Source: Eledone cirrhosa (lineage: Eukaryota). From it: 64,000 bases of DNA. The notes under the pieces were generated by a model. That model worked only from the letters and a program-made list of their open reading frames with translations, ran no database searches and was not told the origin of the DNA. The translations under genes and the position numbers were made by a program. Below, piece after piece: positions 44,433 to 57,909 of this stretch (positions are counted from its first letter, which is position 1; each line of letters starts with the position of its first letter). The DNA lies in assembly GCA_964016885.1 (NCBI GenBank), contig OZ024752.1, forward strand, positions 41,912,001 through 41,976,000. The letters run 5' to 3'.

Positions 44433-44585
44433 ATGTGTGCTCTTCCAGCTGCTCCTCCTGGCAAGAGGAAAGAGATCTACAAATATGAAGCACCATGGAC
44501 CGTATATGGAATGAACTGGAGCATAAGACCAGACAAACGGTTCCGGTTAGCTCTCGGTAGTTTCATGGAAGAATACAACAACAAG
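44433..44585 (+). CDS. DCAF7: DCAF7 coding exon 1
   Basis: [22 protein letters not shown]...EEYNNK|gtaac; acceptor tttctag 5 nt before the ATG. Confidence 0.93.
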
Positions 44586-47500
44586 GTAACTTCATTTTCT
44601 CTCTCTCTCTCTCACCATTTTCACTGCACTAAGCAGTTGAAAGATTTAATAACCCTTTAGCATTTACATTACTCTATATTTACTATTGTATTTTCACTGT
44701 AAAGGCTTTACCTCACATAATATCTCACATAACATTTACATTACTCTATATTTACTATTGTATTTTCACTGTAAAGGCTTTACCTCACATAATATCTCAC
44801 ATAACATTTACATTACTCTATATATACTATTGTTTTTTCACTGTAAAGGCTTTACCTCACATAATATCTCACATAACATTTACATTACTCTATATATACT
44901 ATTGTTTTTTCACTGTAAAGGATTTACCTCACAATATAATTATCCCACATAATATTGAATCTACGAAACTTTGATATTATTTATTAGTTACGTCCCTTTA
45001 CGATCTGAGTTCAAATCCCGCCGAGGTTGACTTTGCCTTTCATCCTTACGGGGTCGATAAAATAAAGTACCAGTAATGAACTGGGTAATTTGGTGGCCTT
45101 GTGCCTAAAGTAGAAACAATTATTTATTTTGAGAACAATACCTTCATATTAGTATGAGCAGCCGATTACAGCCAGTTTGAACAGAAAGAGGTGAGAGAAT
45201 TCTGGCCGGATATGGCCAGTTTAAATGCTAAAGAGTTAAGTGATATAAAAAATTATATAAAATGTATCCAGTACACCCTAAAAAGTAGATGACAATCAAA
45301 CAGAAACAAGGTAAATTACAGTGTATACTAACATCCAGCTGACTTATGAAACACTAGGGAAATTTGAAATTATAAATCAGCCCCAACTGTCAGTAATCAT
45401 CATCATCATCATCGTTTAACGTCCATATTCCACGCTTGCATGGGTTTGGACGGGAGTTTTCCCACTTGAGGCAAGAGTGGTTGTCTTGCTTGCATAGGAC
45501 TGTCTGGCGGGTTTTCTACGGCTGGATGCCCTTCCTAACACCAACCACGTTTACAGTGTGGAACTGGGAGGTTTTTACCGTGTTACCTACAGGCCACATT
45601 ACAGCGTGGACTGTGTGTTTTATTGTCGTGACACCTACACGTCTGGGTTTTCTACGGCTGGGTGCCCTTCCCAACACCAACCACGTTTACAGTGTGTACT
45701 GGGAGGTTTTTACTGTGTTACCTACACGGCCACATTACAGCGTGGACTGTGTTTTTTTGTTGTGACCTACACGACCTCATTTGTTTTGAATATAAAAACC
45801 AATGTGTATTTGTCCGTCACAAACGAGAGATAACTGAGGAAGGTAGGGGTGATGACAAACTACAGAAAGCACACAAATCTACACATACATATAAATAAAC
45901 AGCCACACTTAGAAAAAATAATCATTACATACACACACATCTATGTGATGACTGTGGGGGGGGGGGGGGGGTGATAACCTTTCTTTCTAGAGTTGGTGTT
46001 GTGATAAAATGGACCCAGCACACTCTGTAAAGTGGTTGGTAATCAAACACAAATAATATGGGGTAGATAGGACTCTTCAAACTAAAACCTTTAGTATCAG
46101 GAAGGGAATGCAATTGTAAAACATTGCTTCAAAAAGGACCCCCTGATGAATATGAAGTTTATCAGGGGGGGGGGGGGTCTGCAAAGATAACCCCTGCTTT
46201 AGCAGGGATAAGGGCTTCAAATAGTTGTTGTGTTGTGTTGCTATATACTATTTTTAAAATGTTTGTTTCCAGGTGCAAATTGTGTCTTTGGATGAAGAAA
46301 CGTCTGAATTCACATCAAGAAGCACATTTGACCATCCTTACCCCACAACCAAAATCATGTGGATCCCGGATGCTGTAAGTTTGATTTTAATATTCTCAGC
46401 TGTTTTTGTTATTTCCTGTTCCACATTTTCTAGCTTCTTCACAACACAACAATATACATCAATGTCTAACATGTCTCCTAGCTAACAAAACATTTCCACA
46501 TTTACTATCATTATAGCAGATATATTTTATATAATTTCTTTCTTGATTTCTTTCTTCTAGAAAGGTGTATTTCCTGATTTGCTAGCTACCAGTGGAGACT
46601 ACCTGAGAGTCTGGAGAGTTGGAGAGAGTGATACCAGATTGGAGTGCCTCTTAAACAATGTCAGTAACATTTCTTTTATAGTAGCTTTAAAAGTTAACCC
46701 AGTAGTAAAGGCGTGTGGTTTAACCCTTTAGCATTTACATTATTCTATATATACTATTATACTTTCATGGTAAAGGCTTTTTATCTTACATAATAATCTC
46801 ACATAATGTTGAATCTATGAGATTTTGATGTTATTTATTTGAAGTACAATATCTTAACATAAGTATGAGTGGCCAGTTTGGACGGAAAGAGGTGAGAGAA
46901 TTATAGCCAGTTTAAATCCATCATAATTTCATGTAAGAGCCTTTTTTTATGTTACAAACATCAGTTTAGTAATGCAATAGTTAGTTATATTACTAAATCT
47001 CTTCAAATACTATATTATTTTCAAAATTATTTGAAAATCATAGGCAGTGTTTTTCATTAAAAAATGATGAAGAAAAAGTTTATCATCATTTTAAGTCTGC
47101 TTATATTCATGTAAAAGTCTTGCATCATAATTTTATGTCAGGTCCTTTAAGTTATGGTTTTAACAACAGCTTAATAATGTAAAAAATACTACCAGATCCC
47201 TTGAAATTCTCGATTATTTGAAAACCATAGTGTCTTTCATTAGAAATATAATAATGAAAGGGTTAATTTTTTTTAATATATTCCAGAACAAAAATTCCGA
47301 TTTTTGTGCTCCTCTGACATCTTTCGATTGGAATGAAATTGACCCTAATCTATTAGGGACATCAAGTATAGACACTACATGCACAATTTGGGGTTTAGAG
47401 GTGAGATATTTCAATTTTTACTATTAAATTTTTATATTTTATTTTTTCAGAAAACATGCTTTTCTTTTTATATGACTCAGTCTTAACTACATCTAACGCT

Positions 47501-50500
47501 GCAGTGACTTCATCAAGGAAGGATCTGTATTTGGATTCCTTGTTTGGTGCATAAACTTGCACCACCCACAGAGACCTATCTTTCAGCCTAAGCTTCAAGA
47601 GGCAAATCCTCCCTCCTAATGGGATCCAGTGTGGGACACATTCTGACAGCCAGGAAACATCTCAATGGAAAGAGAGCGGAAATTATCTATACATGTAGAA
47701 TAGCTTTTACGAAGTTAGCGACTTTGTAAAAGCTTTTTTTGTATGTATACCCTTCTCGGAATGGATTGAGATATTTACTACTCCTTAATAGTTGAGTTGA
47801 TAGATGGGTTATATGTGAGCTATTTCTAGCGTCATTTTATACCCATCACATTGTTTGTGATATACAAATATTTACTTAGTGGTTCGATCAATGCATGCAA
47901 TTTTTACACTACACTGAATTGGTAAGGATTTATTCCATTTACTAACAAGTAAATATTATTTTATACTTTCAAAGAAGCCCTCTAAAGAAATTGTATTCTT
48001 CGGCATTGTCTGTTTTATGTATTTAAATAGTCAATGCTGTTTCTTGACAATTGAAATCACAATAAATTACGAGATTGTTGGTGGTGTTGTCTTATTTTAG
48101 GTTGCTTTACTAGGAATCTACCTGTCGCAAACTTTGTAAAAGTTATTCTATATGTGTATGCATATATATGTATATATATTTATGTATCTGGTTTGTTTAT
48201 TTTTGGTTCTGTTTGCAGACTGGTCAGCTTTTGTGCAGGGTAAATTTGGTGTCAGGTCATGTAAAGACACAGCTTATAGCTCACGACAAAGAAGTGTATG
48301 ATATTGCTTTTAGTCGTGCTGGTGGTGGAAGAGATATGTTTGCAAGTGTTGGTAAGATCACCTTTCATATGTTTATAGTATTTTTACTAATGAAAATCAT
48401 TGTGAAAATTTGCAACACTAGAGTAAAGACTTCAATTTTTAATTTGATGTAATCATTTTTTTTCTAAATGATGCATATTGTTAGTTAACTTTTAACATCC
48501 TGTAATGATTTAGCAAAAAATATCTGAATATGGGTTTTTTAATTAAAATATTTTATAGTATTTTTACTGGTGCACAGATTGTTGTCCAAATTTGTAATGA
48601 ACTAATGGAAAGATTAATTTTTAATGTGATGCAGTCACAGAGCTGTTTTGTACTTTTCAAGAATGTCTTACTAATGCAGTTTCATGTGGTACAGGATGTT
48701 GAGAGTTTATTCAGAGATTTCCAGACCTTTTACATTGGTGACACACTTTTGAACCCTTTTGTAAAAAAAAAAGAAAAATTTAAAGATTAATTAAATTTGT
48801 TAAAATTGATCTGATTTCTCTAAGGTGTTACACCAAACCTAGACATTCAAGGTGTCACAACACATCTAAATACTATTGGTTACATTGTAAGGTGTCACAA
48901 CACACCTGGACACTATTGGTTACACTCTAAGGTGTCACAACACACCTGGGCAGTATTGGCGACATTCTAAGGTGTCACAACACACCTGGGCAGTATTGGC
49001 GAAGGTGTCACAACACACCTAGACAGTATTGGCGACATTCTAAGGTGTCACAACACACCTAGACAGTATTGGCGACATTCTAAGGTGTCACAACACACCT
49101 AGACAGTATTGGCGACATTCTAAGGTGTCACAACACACCTAGATAGTATTGGCGACATTATAAGGTGTCACAACACACCTAGACAGTATTGGCGACATTC
49201 TAAGGTGTCACAACACACCTAGACAGTATTGGCGACATTCTAAGGTGTCACAACACACCTAGACAGTATTGGCGACATTCTAAGGTGTCACAACACACCT
49301 AGATAGTATTGGCGACATTCTAAGGTGTCACAACACACCTAGACAGTATTGGCGACATTCTAAGGTGTCACAACACACCTAGATAGTATTGGCGACATTC
49401 TAAGGTGTCACAACACACCTAGACAGTATTGGCGACATTCTAAGGTGTCACAACACACCTAGACAGTATTGGCGACATTCTAAGGTGTCACAACACACTG
49501 TTTGGAAACCTCTTCTTTAATTGATTTTTGTTGAAAAGGTAATTTAAAGTGAATGTTATTGTTGTTATTTTGACAGGGGCTGATGGATCTGTGAGAATGT
49601 TTGATTTACGACATCTGGAACATTCCACTATAATATACGAAGACCCCCAACACCATCCACTTCTACGGTTAGCATGGAATAAGCAGGATCCTAACTACTT
49701 AGCGACAATGGCTATGGATGCAATGGAGGTAATGACTTTCTTAACCCTTTTCCGTAGCAAACACCCGAAAACCCTTCCTGGTTCTATAATACAAAACTAT
49801 TTGATTCAATTCTTTTCCAAACCAAATACCCAGAAACCCTTCCTGGTTCTATAATACAAAACTATTTGATTCAATTCTTTTCCAAACCAAATACCCAGAA
49901 ACCCTTCCTGGTTCTATAATACAAAACTATTTGATTCAATTCTTTTCCAAACCAAATACCCAGAAACCCTTTCTGGTTCTATAATACAAAACTATTTGAT
50001 TCAATTCTTTTCCAAACCAAATACCCAGAAACCCTTCCTGGTTCTATAATACAAAACTATTTGATTCAATTCTTTTCCAAACCAAATACCCAGAAACCCT
50101 TCCTGGTTCTATAATACAAAACTATTTGATTCAACTCTTTTCCAAACCAAATACCCAGAAACCCTTCCTGGTTCTATAATACAAAACTATTTGATTCAAC
50201 TCTTTTCCAAACCAAATACCCAGAAACCCTTCCTGGTTCTATAATACAAAATTATTTGATTCAACTCATTTCATAACAAACTGCCTGAAACTACTCATGG
50301 TTATGTGAAACTAAACTGTTTGATTCAACCCTTTTCATATCAAACACCCAGAAACCCTTCCTGGTTCTATGATACAAAACTGTTTGATTCAACTCTCTTG
50401 ATACCAATTTAACAAGCCTATCCTAGAACTATGATACAAAACTGCTTGATTCAACTCTCTTGATACCAATTTAACAAGCCTATCCTAGTACTATGATACA

Positions 50501-53168
50501 AAACTGTTTGATTCTACTCTCTTGATACCAATTTAACAAGCCTATCCTAGTACTATGATACAAAACTGTTTACGTTTATCTAAAAATCTACCATAATAAT
50601 TTTATGTTACAAACACCAACTTAAAAATGTAAAAATCCTTCCAAATTCTTATTTTCAAAATGATTTGAAAATCATAGGCAGTATCTTCCATTAGAAATAT
50701 GGTAATGAAGAGTTAAAGTATTTATATTTATCTAAAGACTGTCCATGATATTTTTATGTAGGAACCTTTAAGTTATTTTCCAATTACCAACTTCATATTG
50801 AGAAAGTTATAATTATATTACTAAATCCGTGCCAATTCTTGATTATATTCGAAATTATTTGTAAATTATAAGCAGTGTCTTTCAATTGAAATACAGTAAC
50901 AAAAGCATTAAAGTGTTTATATTTATTGTAGAGTGCAGTAACATTAATCTCCTGTCTAATAGTAACACCTTGGGCAAGTGTCTTTTACTATAGTCTTCTA
51001 TGATATATATTTATTGTAGAGTGCAGTAACATTAATCTCCTGTCTAATAGTAACACCTTGGGCATGTGTCTTTTACTATAGTCTTCTATGATATATATTT
51101 ATTGTAGAGTGCAGTAACATTAATCTCCTGTCTAATAGTAACACCTTGGGCATGTGTCTTTTACTATAGTCTTCTATGATATATATTTATTGTTGTTTCA
51201 GGTTATCATTCTTGATGTAAGAGTGCCATGCACCCCTGTGGCTCGACTTAATAACCACCGTGCCTGTGTGAATGGTATAGCCTGGGCTCCACATTCCAGC
51301 TGTCACATCTGCACAGCTGGTAAGTACAATCTATTTAACTCTTATCTCTTCTTACATTGATATATGTATCCGACCTTACCCAATTACACCTCTCAAAGGC
51401 GATGACACACGACCGTGGCCACTGGCGTCACGCAGTAATACAGAGTACCCGACCTCCCATGGGTACAAGCTGAAGCATATAGACAATATGCCCCCACACC
51501 CCCCACCGCAAGGTGGTCGTGGAGGTGCCACAGCAAAAAAGCACCCAGCCCACACTGTAAAGTGATCGTGTAGGTGCCACGAAAAAGCACCCAGCGCTCC
51601 CCGTAAAAGAAGGGCATCCAGCTGTAGAAATCAAGCCAGAATCAGTTCCTGTATGTGCAAGGCATGGTCAGCCGACCAGACACTGCCCACAACAGGACAA
51701 CCCGTCTAACCCATGCTAGCGTGGAAGAACGGACGTAAAACGGGGATGATGATGATGATGATGAGGATGATCCGGCTGGAGTCTGACTCAGTCTATGATG
51801 GATGACCTATACAAACCTTGCTAGCAGAGAAAAACGGATGTTAAAGGATGATGATGATGATGATGATGACCATCAAGTTCTGATACTATATTGAGTGTTG
51901 TAGTTTGCTTGAAGCATTGTTGAATAGGAGACACAAATTTAAATAATTTTGAAAACCATACAATGCACTAGAAAATTAAAATTGCCAAGATAACAATAGA
52001 ATCTTACCTTAGCAAATTTAATAATCCCAAATATTTTTGGATTTAAAAACCCAATGTCAAGGGAGTATCCCTGTGTGAGACTTAAAGGGTGGATCAGAGT
52101 TGACTTGTTTGTAAAGCAGATTTAAGTTAAATGAAATGAAAAGATGTTAAAATTTCGAGCGTGCGCGTTGTGAAATGTCTGGGGAAAAATGTATGATATA
52201 TGCATGTGTGTGTGTGAATGTAAGTGTGTTTAGTGGGATGTATGTATGTGTGTGCATGAATGTAAGTTTGTGTAGTGAAAGCATGTGCGAATATGTATAT
52301 AATAAAAATAGAAAAATATGTGTGTGTGTGTGTGTGTGAGTCTAGGTGTGTTTACCTAGTGAGGACATAGATTTAATTTGAAAGAAAGACTGAAACGGGT
52401 CACCTGGGTTTAGCATTTACATTACTCTATATTTACTATTATATTTTCACGGTAAAGTCTTTATCTTACATCATTATCTCACATAATATTGAATCTATGA
52501 GATTTTGATATTATTTATTTTGAGAACAATCATCATCATCATTTTACGTCCGCTTTTCCCTGCTTGCAAGGGTGGGACGGGAACTGATTCTGGCTTGATT
52601 TCTACAGCTGGATGCCCTTCCTAACACCAACCTCATTTACAGTGAGTGCTGGGTGCTTTTTTTGACGTGGCGCCTACACGTCCACTTTACAGTGGAATGA
52701 TAGGGACCCCAGTCCCTATCATCTCATTTCTACAGCTGAGTAAACTGGAGCAATGTGAAATAAAGTGTCTTGCTCAAGGAAACAACACATCACCCGGTCT
52801 GAGAATTGAACTCACAACCTTTCGATTGCAAGGCCAATGCTCTAACTACTCAGCCATGTGCCTCCATACCTTAACATAAATATGAGTGGCCAGTTACAGC
52901 TGGTTTCAACAGAAAGAGGTGAGAGAATTCTGGCCAGTTATGGCTGGTTTAAATGCTAAAGGGTTAAATAATATTAAATATTTTTCTACTTGCAGCGGAT
53001 GACCATCAAGCTCTGATATGGGATATACAGCAGATGCCTCGTGCCATTGAAGACCCTATCTTAGCCTACACAGCAGCTGGCGAGATCAACCAAATCCAAT
53101 GGTCATCAACCCAACCTGATTGGATTGCTATCTGCTATAACAACTGTCTTGAGATTTTAAGAGTTTGA
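44433..53168 (+). CDS. DCAF7: DDB1- and CUL4-associated factor 7 (WDR68/AN11-like WD40); whole gene, 8 coding exons, 347 aa
   Basis: Near-identical to the DCAF7 family sequence ([13 protein letters not shown] ... [11 protein letters not shown]); exons join in frame (1044 nt). Confidence 0.97.
46273..46374 (+). CDS. DCAF7: DCAF7 coding exon 2
   Basis: VQIVSLDEE...[16 protein letters not shown]. Confidence 0.95.
46561..46659 (+). CDS. DCAF7: DCAF7 coding exon 3
   Basis: [33 protein letters not shown]. Confidence 0.95.
47287..47400 (+). CDS. DCAF7: DCAF7 coding exon 4
   Basis: [17 protein letters not shown]...TCTIWGLE. Confidence 0.95.
47470..47660 (-). mobile_element. LINE AP-endonuclease fragment (VVQVYAP...FLDEV)
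   Basis: ORF 47395..47598 carries the VYAP motif. Confidence 0.6.
48219..48351 (+). CDS. DCAF7: DCAF7 coding exon 5
   Basis: [31 protein letters not shown]...FASV. Confidence 0.95.
48820..49500. repeat. 40-bp minisatellite, about 16 copies
   Basis: Unit taaggtgtcacaacacacctagacagtattggcgacattc. Confidence 0.93.
49577..49728 (+). CDS. DCAF7: DCAF7 coding exon 6
   Basis: [21 protein letters not shown]...MDAME. Confidence 0.95.
49760..50570. repeat. About 63-bp tandem repeat amplified from a TTAA-MITE left end
   Basis: Unit gaaacccttcctggttctataatacaaaactatttgattcaa... Confidence 0.88.
50918..51192. repeat. About 87-bp tandem triplication abutting the DCAF7 exon 7 acceptor
   Basis: Three copies of atatttattgtagagtgcagtaac...ctatagtcttctatg. 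Confidence 0.9.
51202..51319 (+). CDS. DCAF7: DCAF7 coding exon 7
   Basis: [39 protein letters not shown]. Confidence 0.95.
51369..51770 (+). mobile_element. RTE 3' end fragment in DCAF7 intron 7
   Basis: Reverse-complement match to 20842-21265; (GAT)n tail. Confidence 0.88.
52530..52865 (-). mobile_element. CORE/RTE-tail SINE nested in a TTAA-MITE
   Basis: Interrupts the MITE at 52410-52967. Confidence 0.85.
52996..53168 (+). CDS. DCAF7: DCAF7 coding exon 8 (last)
   Basis: [24 protein letters not shown]...LEILRV, TGA at 53166-53168. Confidence 0.95.
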
Positions 53169-53856
53169 ACCAAAAGCACCAAACACAAAAAAAAAATCAC
53201 CAAAATACTAAAATACTGCAAAAAAAAAACATTCACTGACAAAAAAAAAAAACGAAACAAAACATTATTTAAGGGACTACACATTTTAAAGAAAAGAAAG
53301 AACCCCCCAAAATAACCCCTTCTTCCCTTCCTCGTCCTTTTCCATTCTGCTTGTTCTTTCGTTCTATGGAAGAATGAAAATCAAATTATCCTTTTATTTA
53401 TTCTATTTTCTTTGCCAGATCATTTCTGACTCCCCCCACCCGCCCCCATTTCCCCCCCGCCCGTGGTACTTTTAACCCTCCAACCCCACCACTACCACCA
53501 CCTGTTTTTAAAAGCCACAGTCATATTTTTTTATTTTAATTTTTTATTTCAATTTTTTTTTTTTATAAATTGCCATTTCATAGTCATTCTCTGTGTGTGT
53601 GTGTGTATGTATGTGTGTATATGTGATAGGGTTTCGCGTGTGCGTATGTATGTGTGTGTATGGGTGATTGTGTTTAGGGTGAGTGTAGATATATTTATAC
53701 GAGATGTTTCCCCTTTTTTCAAAAGCCACATACAAAGTCAAATGCCAAAGCAACATTAAAATAAAACGAAACACTTTATATATATATATATATATATGTG
53801 TGCGTTTATATATATATATATACATTTATATATATGTGTGTATGTATATGTGTATA

Positions 53857-53887
<31 letters not shown>

Positions 53888-53931
53888 TAATAAGTAATTG
53901 TCAGAAATTATACACTATTGTTTATTGCTTA

Positions 53932-53937
53932 AATAAA
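53932..53937 (+). terminator. Candidate DCAF7 polyadenylation signal AATAAA (another at 53760)
   Basis: AATAAA about 760 nt after the stop, followed by GT/T-rich sequence. Confidence 0.4.
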
Positions 53938-54128
53938 TAAAAAATGTAATAATAATCACTATTTCAAATGTGAATCTAGTGCTTTCGTCCTTCACACTAG
54001 ATTCAAGTGATAAACAGTGTTGTATTGTTTATATTGTATTTTTTTTTATTCAAGTGATAAACAGTGTTTTATTATTTCTGACAATTATTCTTTATTGACA
54101 TATTATTCTGTACACTACCAAAGACATA

Positions 54129-54175
<47 letters not shown>

Positions 54176-54410
54176 GTATATAAGGATTTTCTATAGAGGA
54201 ATAGAAAAAGATTAGTCTAATGAGGTATTCAGTAAATTAAGCAGAGAGAGTACATAATTTACTTCAGATGGAAATGACTTCTGCAGGTCTAGCACTCTTT
54301 CATTTGGTTAATATTAACTGAATGGAGCAATGCTAGTCCTGTAGAAGTCATTTCTATCTGAAATGAATTTTATATATATATATATATATATATAAATCTA
54401 AATCTAAATA

Positions 54411-54634
54411 TATAAAGAGTTTGAAGTTTGAAAACCACGACGATGTGGGTTTGGACGGAGAATAATTAAATCGTAAGAAACGGGGCTTTTTTTTACCTTA
54501 ATTTATTCATGTCCTAATATTTCGAGATTGATATCTCTTCTTCCGAGGAAAAATAAAAGACCTGTTTCTTACGATTTAATTATTCCCTATCCAAACCCGG
54601 ATTGTCGTGGCTTTCAAACTTCGAATTCTTTATA
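54411..54634. mobile_element. Penelope-like inverted-end remnant with a mutated hammerhead in the loop
   Basis: About 80-bp imperfect inverted arms; minus strand 54548-54513 CCT-CGGAAGA-a-GAGAT atca ATCTC-GAAA-TA-TT-AGG. Confidence 0.55.
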
Positions 54635-54678
54635 CCATATACAATGCTTCAAGTAAACTACAAATTCCTTCTTTCCTT

Positions 54679-54710
<32 letters not shown>

Positions 54711-56599
54711 AAATACTAAGATATTTACCATGTCAATAATATTGTAATCAGTCTTTATATATATATATATATTACTAGTCAACAATACAATTTCAAAAGT
54801 AAAAAGTCACTCTGGGATGAAGGGAGAAAAATATGCTGCATTGTGGAGTAATTCCAGATGAATCAGATGTAATATATTACATGTTATGTTGTTAATGAAG
54901 GGTGACATCTTAGTGGTTAGGGTGTTGGGCTCACAATTGTATGGTTGTGGGCTTGATTTCATATTGCTTTAGTTAACTCAACTGGAAAAAATGAGTTCCA
55001 GCTGCAGCTGGGATTTATTCCTTCAGTGGACTGGTGCCCTAGTCAAGGGAGAGCTTTGTACTCTCAGTCACTTAACACCAATGAAGGTGAGACTGATGCC
55101 CTATCCAAGGGAGAGCTTGTACTCTCCATCACTTAACACTAATGAAGGTGAGATGAATCTCTAGGCTTGGGACAGACTTTAAATTTGTAATGGACTGGTG
55201 TCCCATCCAGGGGCTGGTCTTGAAATTTCAAATGCTTAACACCAATGAAACCGGGAAAAGCTCAGTCATCGGAATAGACTTTCACTTTGCAATGGACTGG
55301 GGTTCTGTCCAGGGGTTTATCTTGTACTTTCATTAACATGACACCAATGAAACCAAGATAGGCTCAAGCCTCATGCACCTCTGGGGTCAGGACAGATTTT
55401 TACTTTTAACATGATATGACAAAACATCTTTTTAATTCATATTAGAAAAATGCAAAATCTTCAGTGCACTGCTGAGCAAGTTTACTTGGTTACTTGGCGA
55501 TATGTAGTTAATGTTTCTCATGAAGAGGTGTCACCCACACACAGACACACACACATATATATATATATACAGACAGACACAGATTATTTTGGAATTTTAA
55601 TCTTTTTTTTTTTTTTTTTTTTCTAGACTACTAGGCTACGAATTGGCAGGGTCATTAGTGCTTCAATATGTGTTTCAGTAATTTTAAATTATTACTTTTT
55701 ACCATAGAAGATTTTTCTGTGAAAATTATTTAAGGACATGTGGCCTAGTGGTTAGGGTGTTGGACTCACACTCATGGGTTTGATTCTTGGACCTGGGTCA
55801 TGTGTTGTGTTTTTAAGTAAAACATTTCATTTCATGTTGCTTTTCATGATAGGACTAGAGCCCCCTATTATTAAAACACCTGAGAAACCTCTATGAGATA
55901 CAACTTTATAGGAGCCCAGCTAAATCTGTGTAGGTGTGAGCTGTAGCAACAATATGATAGAAATAGGCCCTCTATCATTTAAACACTTGAGAAACCTCCT
56001 GTGACATAGAAACTCATAGGAGATCAGCTAAACCAACATAGGTGTGAAATGTAACAACATGATAGGACTGGAGCTTCTATCATTAAAACACCTCTATATG
56101 AGATAGAACCACATAATAAGCCAGCTAAGCCTGCATGGGTGTGAACAATATATTTCATTTGTGATGGTCTAGCATATTATTGAGCAGTATGATAGACTTG
56201 AGTGGTCTCTAGTCCAATTCTTCAGGTCCATTGGAGAGCGTAAACTCCCTTACAAGCTAATAAATAAATGTGGGTTCATTATGCATGGCTGCTACTTCTT
56301 AACCATTTTGATACCAACCTGTCTGAAACCATGCTGGTTTTGATGCACAACTGTTCTTTTAAAGATGTTTATATTCATATTAAAACCTTCCATTATAATT
56401 TTATTTAAGAATATTTAAGTAATATTGAAGTGGTTAGTTATTCCATTAGAAATACTGTAACAAAATGGCTAATGGTAAACTGAATTTAACATTTGATGGT
56501 TATTTAGGGCTTGATGAACTGAGCCAGTGAGATTTATGATTGACCATAGGCAGGACCAGTAGCACAACTAGCGAGTGTATACTAAATGTAAACACTATG

Positions 56600-56982
56600 A
56601 CTGGTTGGTTGGTTAGATGGCAAGTGGATGGGCTAGCTGGCTGGCTGGCTGGTTTATTAGATGTTGAGTTGATGGACTGGTTGGTTGGTTGATTAGATGT
56701 TGAGTTGATGGACTGGCTGGCTGGTTTATTAGATGTTGAGTTGATGGACTGGTTGGTTGGTTGATTAGATGTCGAGTTGATGGGCTGGCTGGCTGGTTTA
56801 TTAGATGTTGAGTTGATGGACTGGTTGGTTGGTTGATTAGATGTTGAGTTGATGGACTGGTTGGTTGGTTGATTAGATGTTGAGTTGATGGACTGGTTGG
56901 TTGGTTGATTAGATGTCGAGTTGATGGGCTGGCTGGCTGGTTTATTAGATGTTGAGTTGATGGACTGGTTGGTTGGTTGGCT
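56600..56982. repeat. 39-bp minisatellite
   Basis: ttagatgttgagttgatggactggttggttggttga units. Confidence 0.9.
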
Positions 56983-57072
56983 AACAACTTTACTGAGTTA
57001 CATTGTGGTGACTCCCACTTTTGAATTGTTTTGTTTGCAAAGTTTTATTGATTATATTCACACACATATATA

Positions 57073-57643
57073 CGAGGTGTGTCAGAAAAGTTCCAGGACT
57101 GATGTCACAAAAGATTTATTTCAAACCCAAACTTCACACTACGAGTTTTCTCCTTCAAATTAATCCCCCTGGAGTCTAATGCACTTTTCCATCCTTTTCT
57201 GCCACGCTTGCATGCACTCCTGGAAGGATTCTTGCGGGATCCTCCGCAGTTCCATTGTCACGGCCTTTTTGATGTCGTTGACGTCTTCAAAACGGGTCCC
57301 CCTCCGGGTCGGTCGTACTCGAAGATCCATGACTCATCACCAGTGATGACTGTCCCTAGCAAGTCTGGTTCGGTTTCAAGACGCTCGAGGATGTCCTGGC
57401 ACACTTGCATGCGTCGACTCTTCTGGTCATCGTTCAGTACTTTTAGCACCATCTTCGCGCGCAGACTTTCCGCATGTCCAAATCTTCAGTGACAAAAAAA
57501 AAAATTTGATCGCTGCAGAGAGCTAAGATTACAGTTACATACAACAGGGGGGTTACTTTGAAGGAGAAAACTCTTAGTGTGAAGTTTGGGTTTGAAATAA
57601 ATCTTTTGTGACATCAGTCCTGGAACTTTTCTGACACACCTCA
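57073..57643 (-). mobile_element. Internally deleted mariner transposon with about 100-bp TIRs and TA TSD
   Basis: TIR gaggtgtgtcagaaaagttccaggactg...; transposase remnants VITGDESWIFEYD and WQKRMEKCI..GD.FEG. Confidence 0.9.
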
Positions 57644-57909
57644 TATATGCAGAAATATAAGCAAGGAATATTGTTAGGTTTATTTCTCCACCATATATTT
57701 CTGCATATATATATATATATATATAGTTTTTAAGGTCGAGTCAGTGTCCTGTTGCTCTGGGGTTTTTGCTGTGTGATTACAGGCTCATCAGATAGTCTTC
57801 AATGTCTGATGACCCTGTGGACATAGAGGTGAAACTCCAGAGTAACTAAACACTGACTTAATGTTAATACAAATATTAAGCCCTACTATGGTAGTGTGTC
57901 CTCATTCTC

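Noticed and set aside
56613-56987. 124-aa repetitive ORF (NQPTSPSTQHLI)n
   Set aside because: 39-bp minisatellite whose period is divisible by 3; no splice or homology support.
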